A DNA stretch of 64,000 nucleotides from Ignavibacteriota bacterium. GTDB taxonomy: Bacteria; Bacteroidota; Ignavibacteria; UBA10030. The notes under the pieces are model-generated. The model saw only the letters and a list, made by a program, of their open reading frames with translations, had not been told where the DNA came from and did not search any database. Position 1 is the first letter of the stretch, and each line of letters opens with the position of its first letter. The DNA lies in contig OY969585.1 of assembly GCA_963701295.1 (NCBI GenBank), positions 2,016,001 through 2,080,000 on the forward strand, read 5' to 3'. The position numbers and the translations under genes were made by a program. Below, piece by piece: positions 1-10,105 of the stretch.

Positions 1-22
1 CCCATCGCTGGTTTTCGGAAAA

Positions 23-814
23 ATGAGTAACCCCGTTGTATTTCATTATTTTGAAGTATATAATCTCTGTAAGGATTCTCTCTACACTGTCGAAATATTG
101 GTGAAGGATCAAAATGGTGAAATTAAAAAAAGTAAAAGAAGTCAGAAACACTACGGAGTGAAAGATGCGGTCGAAGTTGGAACAACCACTATCATGAACC
201 TATCATCTGGGAAGTACTTATATCAAGTTCGCATACTTGATGGTTGTATGAAAGAGATTGTAATTGGCGGGAAGCAATTGTTTATTAACAACCCACAAGT
301 AAAGCAAGAGGTACCGACAGGCGCAATGAAGTCGGTTGAATTTCTTAACATGACCGACGATGAGCTGACACATGAATTCAAAACAGCGAAGTACTTAGCA
401 ACTGATCAAGAAATTAAAACATTCTCAAAACTTTCTAATGCCGAAGGGCGTCGTGAATTTCTTGCAAAATTCTGGTCGGACATTGAGAGCGGACGACATG
501 AAAACACCGATCTTACTCGTACAATTTATTTGGATCGTGTCATGACCGCAAATCAGCGATATCATTCATTGGGAAGAGAAGGTTGGCAGACAGACCGCGG
601 AAGAGTGTACCTTTTATACGCTGAACCAGACGAAGTAGAACGATTCCCAAATCAAGGCGATAGCAAACCGTACGAAATTTGGCATTACAATCAAATTGAA
701 AGCGGAGTTATATTTGTATTTATAGATCGAACTGGCTTTGGAAGTTATTCGCTAGTCCATTCGACAAAGCGTGGTGAAATTCAAGATGACTCATGGCAGC
801 AATATTTGCGATAA
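23..814 (+). CDS. GWxTD domain-containing protein (probably 5'-truncated by the window edge)
   Basis: GWQTDRGRVYLLYAEPD motif and YEIWHY; the frame is open upstream of 23 to the window start. Confidence 0.85.
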   Translation: MSNPVVFHYFEVYNLCKDSLYTVEILVKDQNGEIKKSKRSQKHYGVKDAVEVGTTTIMNLSSGKYLYQVRILDGCMKEIVIGGKQLFINNPQVKQEVPTGAMKSVEFLNMTDDELTHEFKTAKYLATDQEIKTFSKLSNAEGRREFLAKFWSDIESGRHENTDLTRTIYLDRVMTANQRYHSLGREGWQTDRGRVYLLYAEPDEVERFPNQGDSKPYEIWHYNQIESGVIFVFIDRTGFGSYSLVHSTKRGEIQDDSWQQYLR

Positions 815-1665
815 TACTCTCTCTGTGCGCCTGGACTGTATCGGCTTGTGCTCAGCCGATAGACTCTATACCGGTTGAAGAATTTTCTGTCGGTTCATTC
901 GAACGGGCAACACGTATATTCGCGAGGACGCAAGGGGCGATCTATGTTCTTGATGCCGATCAGAATAAAATATTTGTCTTTACGGATATCACGCAATCAC
1001 CGAAGAGCATTGGAGGATTCGGATGGTCGGCTGGTTCCTTCGATAAGCCAACAGGGATAGCGACAGACGGCATCAATCTGTACGTGTCCGATTATGGCAA
1101 TCACCGCATCCAGCAATTTGATCGGAATCTCAATTATCTGTCTTCTTTCTCAACGCGGGATACTTCCGATGTTGTCTCGCGGTTCGGTTATCCTCTTGAT
1201 GTTGCCATGTCTGAACTGGGAGATTTATTTATCCTCGACGGAGAAAATATACGCGTTCTCAAGTTTAATCCGCAACAATTCTTTGAGCGTTCATTCGGCG
1301 ATATCAATGCCGGGAAAGGGAAGCTCCAGAATCCAATCCGACTTGTTGTTACTACATCGCGACTTTTTGTAGGCGAGCAGACACGGATTGTTGTTTTTGA
1401 TTATTTTGGCAATTATCTCAACAGTATCGGGGATGGTGTTGTGTCAGGGCTTACCGGTTTCGCAATATCAGACAATGTCCTTCTTTTGTCATCACCTGAT
1501 ACCTTGTGGCAGTTTTCTCAGGAAGGTGTTTTTCAAAAATCGATTCCGCTCAGTTACCTCATCACTGGTGAGCGTATTGAACGAATTCAAGATATCGCAT
1601 ATATCAGAAATCGACTTTTTATTTTATCGCCAAGGAGACTTCATATTTTTAAGATAGGCGATTAA
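793..1665 (+). CDS. NHL-repeat / 6-bladed beta-propeller secreted protein
   Basis: Signal peptide; repeated F-x-x-P-x-G/D-I-A ... YVSDYGNHRIQQF units. Confidence 0.8.
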   Translation: MAAIFAIILSLCAWTVSACAQPIDSIPVEEFSVGSFERATRIFARTQGAIYVLDADQNKIFVFTDITQSPKSIGGFGWSAGSFDKPTGIATDGINLYVSDYGNHRIQQFDRNLNYLSSFSTRDTSDVVSRFGYPLDVAMSELGDLFILDGENIRVLKFNPQQFFERSFGDINAGKGKLQNPIRLVVTTSRLFVGEQTRIVVFDYFGNYLNSIGDGVVSGLTGFAISDNVLLLSSPDTLWQFSQEGVFQKSIPLSYLITGERIERIQDIAYIRNRLFILSPRRLHIFKIGD

Positions 1666-1682
1666 TCCACCGGATTCATTTC

Positions 1683-1711
1683 TTGACATTCGTTCCGAAT
1701 TATCCTAATTT
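1683..1711 (+). promoter_or_regulatory. Putative sigma70 promoter of ssb
   Basis: TTGACA, 17 bp, TAATTT; about 50 bp upstream of the ssb ATG with AAGGAGG RBS. Confidence 0.45.
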
Positions 1712-1761
1712 TATTTGGTATTCATGGTAGTTCTGCTGCTCACTTTAAGGAGGGAATTTGC

Positions 1762-2202
1762 ATGGCATCAAGGAGCATTAACAAAATTATTCTCATAGGA
1801 AACCTTGGACAGGATCCTGAGCTGCGGTACACCAGTAGTGGCGTCGCAGTTGCCTCTTTTTCGATGGCGACCAGTGAGTCTTGGAAAGATCAGGATGGCA
1901 ATGTTCAAGAAAAAACTCAATGGCATAAACTTGTCGCATGGAGAAAACTTGCAGAAATTGTAGGTGAATATTTGAAGAAAGGCAGCAAGGTGTATGTCGA
2001 AGGGCGCATTCAATATCGCAGCTACGACGATAAAAACGGTGTCAAGAGAGATATTACAGAAATCGTTGTCGATCAATTGCTAATGTTGGATTCCAAAGGT
2101 GTTAGCCATGCAAACACTTCCTCAGCTGACCCAACCGCACCATCGTTGCAACAGCCAGTTGAGGAATCAGGACCGGATAAAGTCGATGATCTGCCATTTT
2201 AA
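1762..2202 (+). CDS. ssb: Single-stranded DNA-binding protein
   Basis: INKIILIGNLGQDPELRYT N-terminus; acidic DDLPF C-terminus. Confidence 0.97.
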   Translation: MASRSINKIILIGNLGQDPELRYTSSGVAVASFSMATSESWKDQDGNVQEKTQWHKLVAWRKLAEIVGEYLKKGSKVYVEGRIQYRSYDDKNGVKRDITEIVVDQLLMLDSKGVSHANTSSADPTAPSLQQPVEESGPDKVDDLPF

Positions 2203-2281
2203 GTTTTCTATGTGCTGTAATTGTTGCTTTTTCATTTCTTGTTTATTGAGTTGACATCGTTTTTTTGTTCTTTTTAATTCC

Positions 2282-2496
2282 AGTTCTGGTGTTCCGATGT
2301 ACATCGTGCATCGGGATGAAAAGGGAATTTCGTAAATCCCGCCGTTGGCGAGATAATGCGAAAGCTGCCCCGCAACTGTAATTCCGATTCTGCTGAACAC
2401 AGAATTGTATCTTCAATTGTGAAAGTCACTGTGGTGCCCAAGGTGCCATGGGAAGACGAATTGAAGATCGGAAGAGCCAGGAGACCTGCCAGAGCT
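2282..2496 (+). ncRNA. Cobalamin (AdoCbl) riboswitch
   Basis: AAAAGGGAA...GCTGCCCCGCAACTGTAA, GTCACTG...CATGGGAAGAC, GAGCCAGGAGACCTGCC; P1 agttctgg/ccagagct; upstream of a TonB receptor. Confidence 0.95.
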
Positions 2497-2555
2497 ATGT
2501 GCCTCATGAACCTTCGAGGGAAGGTGGTTCACGCACGTCTTCTTTGATGAGTGTG

Positions 2556-2591
2556 AAGCCCCAATCTTTGATGAAGGTTGGGGCTTTTTTT
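2556..2591 (+). terminator. Intrinsic terminator, riboswitch expression platform
   Basis: AAGCCCCAATCTTT-gatg-AAGGTTGGGGCTT followed by a T run, between riboswitch and btuB-like start. Confidence 0.85.
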
Positions 2592-2621
2592 ATTCACCAT
2601 CATTCAAAGGAGAGACGTACT

Positions 2622-4565
2622 ATGCAACATACATGGAATGCTGTTATTTGTTCAACCCTCGTCCTTTTCGCGTCGGCTGTTGCAGCCGATAACGATACGA
2701 CGAAAACTTATCGTGCTGAAGATGTTATTGTAACAGCTACACGCAGTGCTATTTCTCCATCCGACGCACCTTCACCAGTCCAGATTATTTCATCGTCATT
2801 TATTCAACAGATGAATCCAACAACAGTGGCAGATCTTTTGCAACTGACAAATGGAGTGTATGTAAATTATTATGGAGCGGTTGGAGGTGTAAAGAATCTG
2901 ACATTTCGGGGTCTATCAACAGAAAATTCTCTCATCTTGATTAATGGTAACCCGATCAACGATCCGCAAAACGGTTCTGTAGATTTAAGCTTATTATCGG
3001 TAAATGCTATTGATCGGATGGAAGTTATAAATGGCGGCGGATCAGCGTTGTATGGCAGCGATGCTTTGGGCGGAGTAGTTAATATTATTACTCGCCATGC
3101 CTCTGAAGATTTGCATGCACGTATTCAAGGAGATATAGGCTCTTTCGGCGCAGCGCGTGCACTTGCAGATGTTCAGGGACGTATTGCCGGTATTGGTATG
3201 CTCGCCGGCGTTTCCAGAGAATATGGAATTGATGATTACAATTTTATCTTTCAACGTCAAACAATGAATGATACCACATTGAATCGAAGGGACGCAGATT
3301 ATCAGCGCACACAATTATATTGGAATGGTGATTATCAATCCTCAGATATTATTGACGTCCATGCAGCAGTCCAATATATCAAGTTTGAACGAGGTGTACC
3401 GGGTCCAGTTTATTCGGCATCTACTATAAGCGTTGCCCGTCAGAATGACGAAACGTTTCGAGCGACGTTTGGGTCTCATATTCGATTGCAGGATAGCCTA
3501 TCGATTTCAGTGAATGGAGCTTTCGATCATAATTCTGAAATTTATCGTGATTCATTAGAATTGTCAGATGCATTATATGAGAGTAAATATTATTCCTTAA
3601 ATGGTCAACTCGATTGGTCTCCAACAGCATGGGATCATCTTCTTGCGGGCTGCGAGTACGGAGAGGGATACCTCGATGCAAGCGGTGTTTCGTGGGGATC
3701 ACCATTAATAATGCACCCTGTTCGTGTTCAAAAGTCACTTTATCTTTCAAACGAGAATACGCATCAGATAGAGGCAAAATGGCTTGATCGAATGTCGTTC
3801 TACGAATCAATTCGTTATGACTATTACTCCGATGTTATTGAAGATGCTGTCTCACCAAAGCTTGGAGTGAATATCCGTATCTATCAGCCATACGATATTC
3901 ATGTACGGAGCAGCTGGGGAAAGAATTTTCGCGTTCCTACATTTAATGATAAGTACTATCCATTATTTGGCAATTCCAACCTGAACCCTGAACGTTCCAC
4001 AGCTTTCGATATTGGAGTTATTGGAGCGTTAGATCGGTCTGGAAAACAGTCTGTACAAATCACATATTTTGATATTGAGTCGGATAAAAAAATCGCATTT
4101 AATGGCTATTTACCATACAACATTGGAGAAGCTCAGAATTCGGGACTTGAAGTGCGATATGATTATCATTTATCAGATAATAAACTTAATGCGTTTTTCG
4201 GCTTTTCATTTACGAATGCAATAAAGAAGAATAAATCAGGGCCAATCGATTCATCCTATAATAAACAGTTGCCGTATGTTCCGAAGTCCTTAGGGATGCT
4301 CGGAATTTCATTCGATACAGAAATCGGAAAGATATCTGTCAATCAATCAATGGCTGGTCTCCGCTATATAACTGCAGATGAAAGTAAATCGTTGCCCGCA
4401 TATACACTGACCGATGTGAGTTTTATTAAGAAGCTTGAGATGACCAACGTTCAATTGACATTCCATTGTTCTGTCAATAATGTGTTTGATGTTGATTATC
4501 AGAGCTTTGAAGGTTATCCAATGCCTGGACGATCGTTTCGAGTAAGCATAAGTGCAGACTATTGA
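2622..4565 (+). CDS. btuB: TonB-dependent receptor, BtuB-like vitamin B12 transporter
   Basis: Start at 2622 (AAAGGAG RBS, signal peptide; the listed 2448 start overlaps the riboswitch); VIVTATRS TonB box, plug SALYGSDALGGVVNIIT, C-terminal PGRSFRVSISADY. Confidence 0.85.
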   Translation: MQHTWNAVICSTLVLFASAVAADNDTTKTYRAEDVIVTATRSAISPSDAPSPVQIISSSFIQQMNPTTVADLLQLTNGVYVNYYGAVGGVKNLTFRGLSTENSLILINGNPINDPQNGSVDLSLLSVNAIDRMEVINGGGSALYGSDALGGVVNIITRHASEDLHARIQGDIGSFGAARALADVQGRIAGIGMLAGVSREYGIDDYNFIFQRQTMNDTTLNRRDADYQRTQLYWNGDYQSSDIIDVHAAVQYIKFERGVPGPVYSASTISVARQNDETFRATFGSHIRLQDSLSISVNGAFDHNSEIYRDSLELSDALYESKYYSLNGQLDWSPTAWDHLLAGCEYGEGYLDASGVSWGSPLIMHPVRVQKSLYLSNENTHQIEAKWLDRMSFYESIRYDYYSDVIEDAVSPKLGVNIRIYQPYDIHVRSSWGKNFRVPTFNDKYYPLFGNSNLNPERSTAFDIGVIGALDRSGKQSVQITYFDIESDKKIAFNGYLPYNIGEAQNSGLEVRYDYHLSDNKLNAFFGFSFTNAIKKNKSGPIDSSYNKQLPYVPKSLGMLGISFDTEIGKISVNQSMAGLRYITADESKSLPAYTLTDVSFIKKLEMTNVQLTFHCSVNNVFDVDYQSFEGYPMPGRSFRVSISADY

Positions 4566-4621
4566 TTTGATTCAAACAAAAAAATCCAGTATAATAAATT
4601 AATTCATTTCTTGGAGGATTT

Positions 4622-5149
4622 ATGCGTAATATTCTTCTTGGTTCATCTTTAATTCTGGCCGCGGCATTATCACGGCTTCTTCCACATCCTGATAATTTCA
4701 CTCCTATAGCCGCGATGGCACTTGCAGGTGGCGTATATCTTGAAAAACGATTCGCACTCATCGTCCCACTAGCTGCGCTTGTGATTAGTGATTTCTTCAT
4801 TGGTTTTCATAACACCATTCTCTTTGTCTATGGAAGCTTTGTGCTTATCGGATTCATGGGACTCTGGCTGAAATCACATAAGAAATTCTTACCTGTCTTG
4901 GGAATTGCGCTTTTAAGCTCAATTCTCTTTTTTGTCATTACTAATTTCGGTGTGTGGCTCACAGGCGGTGGATGGTTCTACCAGAGGACTTGGCAAGGTT
5001 TGGTCGAATGCTATGTCATGGCTATTCCCTTCTTCCGGAATACTCTAGCAGGAGATTTGGTATTTACGGGAGTATTGTTTGGATTGTTTGAATTATCTTT
5101 GCGTTCTCTCCATGCTTCAGAAAAGAAGGCAGTTCGAGCAAATTTATAA
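4622..5149 (+). CDS. DUF6580 / ECF S-component-like membrane protein, probable cobalamin transporter
   Basis: RLLPHPDNFTPIAAMAL and FFVITNFGVW...CYVMAIPFFRNTL motifs; follows the B12 receptor. Confidence 0.75.
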   Translation: MRNILLGSSLILAAALSRLLPHPDNFTPIAAMALAGGVYLEKRFALIVPLAALVISDFFIGFHNTILFVYGSFVLIGFMGLWLKSHKKFLPVLGIALLSSILFFVITNFGVWLTGGGWFYQRTWQGLVECYVMAIPFFRNTLAGDLVFTGVLFGLFELSLRSLHASEKKAVRANL

Positions 5150-5548
5150 TTACTCTCTCGTTGTGATTTGTTGACGTCGGATTGGCTCGGAAGAAGCTCA
5201 TCTGACGTTTTTATTTTAAGGAACGAATGAAATTCTGATGGAAGATTTTCAACTATAGAGGAAAATCTTGATTCCATTGGACTTTCTTACCTCGTTGATT
5301 CGTACCTTTTCGATTGATATATATCAAAAATGCTATTGTTGTTTGTTGTCTTCTAATAGCATTTTGTAGAAAAAGCTCTATATTGAACCACATTAAACTA
5401 AAACGCAATCATATGTCCAATACAATAGAGCTTGCGTTACGACGTTCCATTCATATCTCCCCGCATTATTTCTGTTGTGCCAGTTTATTTCTCTATAATA
5501 TAATCACTCGCGGAGACATTCTTCAAAAGTTGAAGAAATGAGGTTGCT

Positions 5549-6889
5549 ATGTCCGATTACATCGATAAAATAATGATTCATGTGAAAGCGAAGAACTCCA
5601 ACGAACCGGAGTTTCATCAAGCGGTAGAAGAAGTATGCGAGTCTTTGGAGCCGGTGTTTGCGCGTCACCCGGAATACCGTGCTGCAAAAATTCTTGAGCG
5701 TATGGTTGAACCCGAGCGGATTGTCATCTTTCGTGTTCCATGGATGGATGATCAGGGTGAAATTCATATTAACCGCGGATTCCGGGTTCAGATGAACAGC
5801 GCAATCGGTCCATACAAAGGAGGATTACGATTCCATCCATCCGTTACACTGAGCATTCTTAAATTTCTCGCATTCGAACAAGTGTTCAAGAATAGCCTTA
5901 CAACGCTGCCGATGGGCGGCGGAAAAGGCGGTTCAGATTTCAATCCTAAAGGGAAGAGCGATAACGAGGTGATGCGATTTTGTCAAAGTTTTATGACAGA
6001 ATTATTTCGTCATATCGGTGCAGATACAGATGTGCCGGCTGGAGATATTGGTGTCGGAACACGTGAGATCGGATTTCTCTTCGGACAATACAAGCGGCTT
6101 ACGACAGAATTCACAGGTGTGCTGACTGGAAAAGGATTGAATTGGGGCGGTTCCCTTATCCGTCCAGAAGCGACAGGATTTGGTGTTGTTTATTTTACTG
6201 AGGAGATGTTAAAGACGAAAGGCTTAAGTATTGCTGGAAAAACAGTCGCAGTGTCCGGTTTTGGCAATGTTGCTTGGGGTGCAGTCACAAAAGTTGACCA
6301 ATTGGGAGGGAAAGTGGTTACACTTTCCGGTCCTGATGGTTTCGTGTATGATCCGGATGGTATTAAAGGTGAGAAGATACATTATATGCTTGAGATGCGT
6401 GCAAGTGCCAAAGACGAAGTAAAACCTTATGCCGATAAATTCAAGGCGCAATTCTTCTCTGGTAAAACGCCGTGGGGTGCAAAGGTAGATGTTGCTTTGC
6501 CGTGTGCTACACAAAACGAGCTTGACGAAAATGACGCGAAAGAGCTTGTGAAAAACGGATGCGTTTGCGTGTGCGAAGGAGCGAACATGCCAACAACAAT
6601 TTCGGGTCTCAAAGTATTTCATTCAGCGGGGATTCTTTATTCTCCCGGCAAAGCGTCGAATGCTGGTGGCGTTGCAACCTCTGGATTGGAAATGAGCCAA
6701 AACAGCATGCGTTTACCATGGCCCAAAGAAGAAGTTGACACACGGTTGTATCAGATCATGAAAAGCATTCATGATACATGTATGCAGACCGCAGAACGAT
6801 TTGGCGAACCAGGTAATTACGTTTTGGGTGCAAATATCGCTGGATTTTTAAAAGTCGCTAATGCTATGCTTGAACAGGGTTTGGTATGA
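5549..6889 (+). CDS. gdhB: Glutamate dehydrogenase, probably NAD-preferring (GdhB-like)
   Basis: [24 protein letters not shown]; SGFGNVAWG and TLSGPDG as in NAD-type GDHs. Confidence 0.85.
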   Translation: MSDYIDKIMIHVKAKNSNEPEFHQAVEEVCESLEPVFARHPEYRAAKILERMVEPERIVIFRVPWMDDQGEIHINRGFRVQMNSAIGPYKGGLRFHPSVTLSILKFLAFEQVFKNSLTTLPMGGGKGGSDFNPKGKSDNEVMRFCQSFMTELFRHIGADTDVPAGDIGVGTREIGFLFGQYKRLTTEFTGVLTGKGLNWGGSLIRPEATGFGVVYFTEEMLKTKGLSIAGKTVAVSGFGNVAWGAVTKVDQLGGKVVTLSGPDGFVYDPDGIKGEKIHYMLEMRASAKDEVKPYADKFKAQFFSGKTPWGAKVDVALPCATQNELDENDAKELVKNGCVCVCEGANMPTTISGLKVFHSAGILYSPGKASNAGGVATSGLEMSQNSMRLPWPKEEVDTRLYQIMKSIHDTCMQTAERFGEPGNYVLGANIAGFLKVANAMLEQGLV

Positions 6890-6973
6890 CAGTTTCATAT
6901 CTAAAGGTTACTCGTTCAAGAGATATTTCGCATCACCTGTATCAGGGAGTTTTCGTGCAACAATTAACAGTGT

Positions 6974-9900
6974 TTGAAAAATTTGCGCTATGCTCATATG
7001 AATCGATTTGATCAGTTTTCGACAGAAGATATATATGGAAGCCGTATTAAGTCGTTCCAGAAACTGATGCGTATCAAGGTGCGCGACATTCTGCTTGTCG
7101 CCAGCCTATATGATCAATACCTGTTTGAAGAGGATGGCAGATTATATGAACTGATTCGACAGGAATTTCAAGTCCTCAATCTGAGTCACCCGCCAGAGAT
7201 CACGCATGTGACCAGCGGTGAAGAGGCAATTGAGCTTCTTACCTCTGGCGAGACATTCGATCTTGTCATCACCACAATGCATATTGAAGATATGCATGTT
7301 ATCCGATTTGCACAAAAAGTACGACAGACAGGCGTCGACATTCCCATGATCCTGTTGGCGTACGACAATAGGGAAAAAAAAGAAATCATCATGAATTACG
7401 ATACGTCGGTGTTCGATCGTATATTCATCTGGACTGGCGATTACCGTCTCTTGGTTGCAATGATTAAGTATGTTGAAGACAGGCTCAATGTTGAAAGCGA
7501 TACTGCGACAGTCGGTGTGCAAGTTATTATTTTAGTAGAAGATGATATCAGTTTTTACTCCTCCTATTTGCCGCTCCTCTATACGCAGATTCTTAACCAG
7601 TCCCAACGGCTCATTTCAGAAGGTGTCAATCTTACACATAAATTTCTCAGGATGCGGGCACGGCCGAAGATTTTGCTTTGCGCAACATATGAAGAAGCTT
7701 GGTCATATTTTGAGAAATATGAAGACTTTGTGCTCGGTGTTATTTCGGATGTTGACTTCCTTCGCGAAGGAGTTAAAGACTCTGAAGCAGGTTTCAAATT
7801 TGCGGTAGCAGTCCGACAAAGAAAGGAGGATATTCCTATCCTCCTCCAGTCAGGCGATGCAAAAGCAGCGGCGAAAGCATTTGAAATTGGAGCTGCATTT
7901 CTGCAAAAGGGTTCACCGACACTCTTGCATGACCTGACGAACTTTGTTATGACGCATTTCGGGTTCGGCGACTTCATTTTTCGTATGCCCGACGGAATGG
8001 AAGTAGGAAGAGCGACGAACTTAAAACAGTTAGAGGAGCATCTTCAAATTGTCCCGGATGAATGCATCCAATTTCATGCCAAGCGTAATCACTTCTCTAA
8101 TTGGTTGAAGGCAAGAACGGAATTCTGGCTTGCTCATAAGCTCCGTCCGCAAAAAGTTGAAGACTTCCCAAGCACCGCTGAATTACGGAACGATTTACTC
8201 GGTGCTTTGCGATTGTATTTGGAAACGCGACAGTGGGGCATAATTACAGAATTCTCTAAAGATTCGTTTGATCCTCAAAAAAGCTTTGCACGAATCGGTG
8301 CCGGTTCGGTAGGAGGCAAGGCACGCGGATTAGGTTTTATCAATACGCTTATCAATAACTACAACATCCGCGATAAATTTGAAGGAGTGGAAATATCTGT
8401 TCCGTCTGCAGTAGTTATTGCGACGGATGTTTTCGACAGGTTTTTATCGGAGAATAAACTTGAGAATTTCATTTTGGAGTCGAAAAGCGACGAAGAAATT
8501 CTTCAGCGTTTCACGGATGCACCCTACTTTCCGCCTGATGTAGTCTTTCGCTTGGTCGATTTTCTTGAAATTGTACATAAGCCGTTGGCTGTGCGTTCAT
8601 CCAGTTTGTTGGAAGATTCACAGTATCAGCCTTTTGCCGGTGTATATCAAACCTATATGTTGCCGAACAAAAATTCCGATCCCACTGTTCGATTACATGA
8701 ATTGTTGGAAAGCATAAAGCTCGTGTATGCCTCTACTTTCAGTAAAAATGCAAAAGACTACATGAAAGCGACTCCCTATCGTCTCGAAGAAGAGAAGATG
8801 GCGGTTATCATCCAGCGAATGGTTGGTACATCACATCATAATCGATTTTATCCTGAATTCGCTGGGGTTGCAAAATCATATAACTTCTATCCTGTACCAC
8901 CGCAGAAATCAGAAGACGGCATCGTTCAGGTTGCACTCGGATTAGGGTACACTGTGGTAGAAGGACATAACTCAGTTCGTTTTTGTCCTAAGTATCCACG
9001 TCATCTCATGCAATTCTTTTCAACTAAGGAGACGATTCGCAATGCCCAGCAAGAGTACCTTGCACTCGATCTCACGGCAACGTTCAGCCATGAAAATCAT
9101 GAGACACCAGATGTGATGATCAAACATTATGATCTGAGCACAGCAGAGGAAGATAATACGCTCTTTTATGTCGGATCCACCTATTCCCCGGAAGATGATT
9201 CTGTATATGATGGAGTGTCTCGCACTGGGAAACGTGTCGTTACGTTTGCACCGGTCTTGAAGCACCGGATATTCCCATTACCGGAAATTCTTGATTTAAT
9301 CCTAGAAATGGGGACATGGGGTATGGGCACACATGTCGAAATTGAATTTGCAGTCAATATGAATACACCACCGGGCGCGCCGAAAGAGTTTGCAATGCTG
9401 CAGATTCGTCCCTTAGTCATGAACCTTGAATTTGAAGAACTTGATGTTGATCATTTTGTTCGCGAAAACCTTGTTTGTCAGAGCGAGCAGGTGCTCGGCA
9501 ATGGTGCTATCCAGGATATTCACGATATAGTTGTGGTGGATTCGGATAAGTTTGAAAGATCAAAGAGTAAAGAGACGGCACGCGAAGTCAGTGAAATCAA
9601 TGCCCGATTGCTTTCAGAACATCGACCATATGTGTTGATTGGAATGGGTCGATGGGGAAGTATGGATCCGTGGCTTGGTATTCCTGTCACATGGGACCAA
9701 ATCTCAGGCGCGTCGGTGATTGTTGAGTCTGGTTTTAAAGACATTGATGTAACACCATCACAAGGGTCGCATTTTTTTCAAAATATTACATCATTTCGTG
9801 TGGGTTACTTTACTGTCAACGCCTCTCACAATCTTGGGTTCATTGATTGGGATTGGCTGAAAGTGCAGCCGGCGTTTCAAGAATTTAATCACGTTCGCCA

Positions 9901-9979
9901 TTTGAGGTTTGATAAACCATTCAGTGCCAAAATTAACGGACGAAAGAATAAAGGTGTGATTATGAAACCGGGAAAATAG
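6974..9979 (+). CDS. Receiver-domain / PEP-synthase N-terminal (ATP-grasp) fusion protein
   Basis: Two REC-like domains, then GGKARGL, AVRSSSLLEDS, FAGVYQT, VIIQRMV; C-terminal PSQGSHFF; alternative ATG at 6998. Confidence 0.85.
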   Translation: MKNLRYAHMNRFDQFSTEDIYGSRIKSFQKLMRIKVRDILLVASLYDQYLFEEDGRLYELIRQEFQVLNLSHPPEITHVTSGEEAIELLTSGETFDLVITTMHIEDMHVIRFAQKVRQTGVDIPMILLAYDNREKKEIIMNYDTSVFDRIFIWTGDYRLLVAMIKYVEDRLNVESDTATVGVQVIILVEDDISFYSSYLPLLYTQILNQSQRLISEGVNLTHKFLRMRARPKILLCATYEEAWSYFEKYEDFVLGVISDVDFLREGVKDSEAGFKFAVAVRQRKEDIPILLQSGDAKAAAKAFEIGAAFLQKGSPTLLHDLTNFVMTHFGFGDFIFRMPDGMEVGRATNLKQLEEHLQIVPDECIQFHAKRNHFSNWLKARTEFWLAHKLRPQKVEDFPSTAELRNDLLGALRLYLETRQWGIITEFSKDSFDPQKSFARIGAGSVGGKARGLGFINTLINNYNIRDKFEGVEISVPSAVVIATDVFDRFLSENKLENFILESKSDEEILQRFTDAPYFPPDVVFRLVDFLEIVHKPLAVRSSSLLEDSQYQPFAGVYQTYMLPNKNSDPTVRLHELLESIKLVYASTFSKNAKDYMKATPYRLEEEKMAVIIQRMVGTSHHNRFYPEFAGVAKSYNFYPVPPQKSEDGIVQVALGLGYTVVEGHNSVRFCPKYPRHLMQFFSTKETIRNAQQEYLALDLTATFSHENHETPDVMIKHYDLSTAEEDNTLFYVGSTYSPEDDSVYDGVSRTGKRVVTFAPVLKHRIFPLPEILDLILEMGTWGMGTHVEIEFAVNMNTPPGAPKEFAMLQIRPLVMNLEFEELDVDHFVRENLVCQSEQVLGNGAIQDIHDIVVVDSDKFERSKSKETAREVSEINARLLSEHRPYVLIGMGRWGSMDPWLGIPVTWDQISGASVIVESGFKDIDVTPSQGSHFFQNITSFRVGYFTVNASHNLGFIDWDWLKVQPAFQEFNHVRHLRFDKPFSAKINGRKNKGVIMKPGK

Positions 9980-10105
9980 ATTCTATATATTGAGAAAAAT
10001 GATGCTATTTTCATATTTCTTTCCATCAAACGTAGTACATAGGAAGTGAAAGAAAAAAAACAGAAATTAAAGGAAAATTCTTTTATCTCTATCATATATA
10101 AATAA

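Noticed and set aside
2448-2621. Longer N-terminus of the TonB receptor in the ORF track
   Set aside because: It overlaps the riboswitch and terminator; the RBS and signal peptide fit ATG 2622
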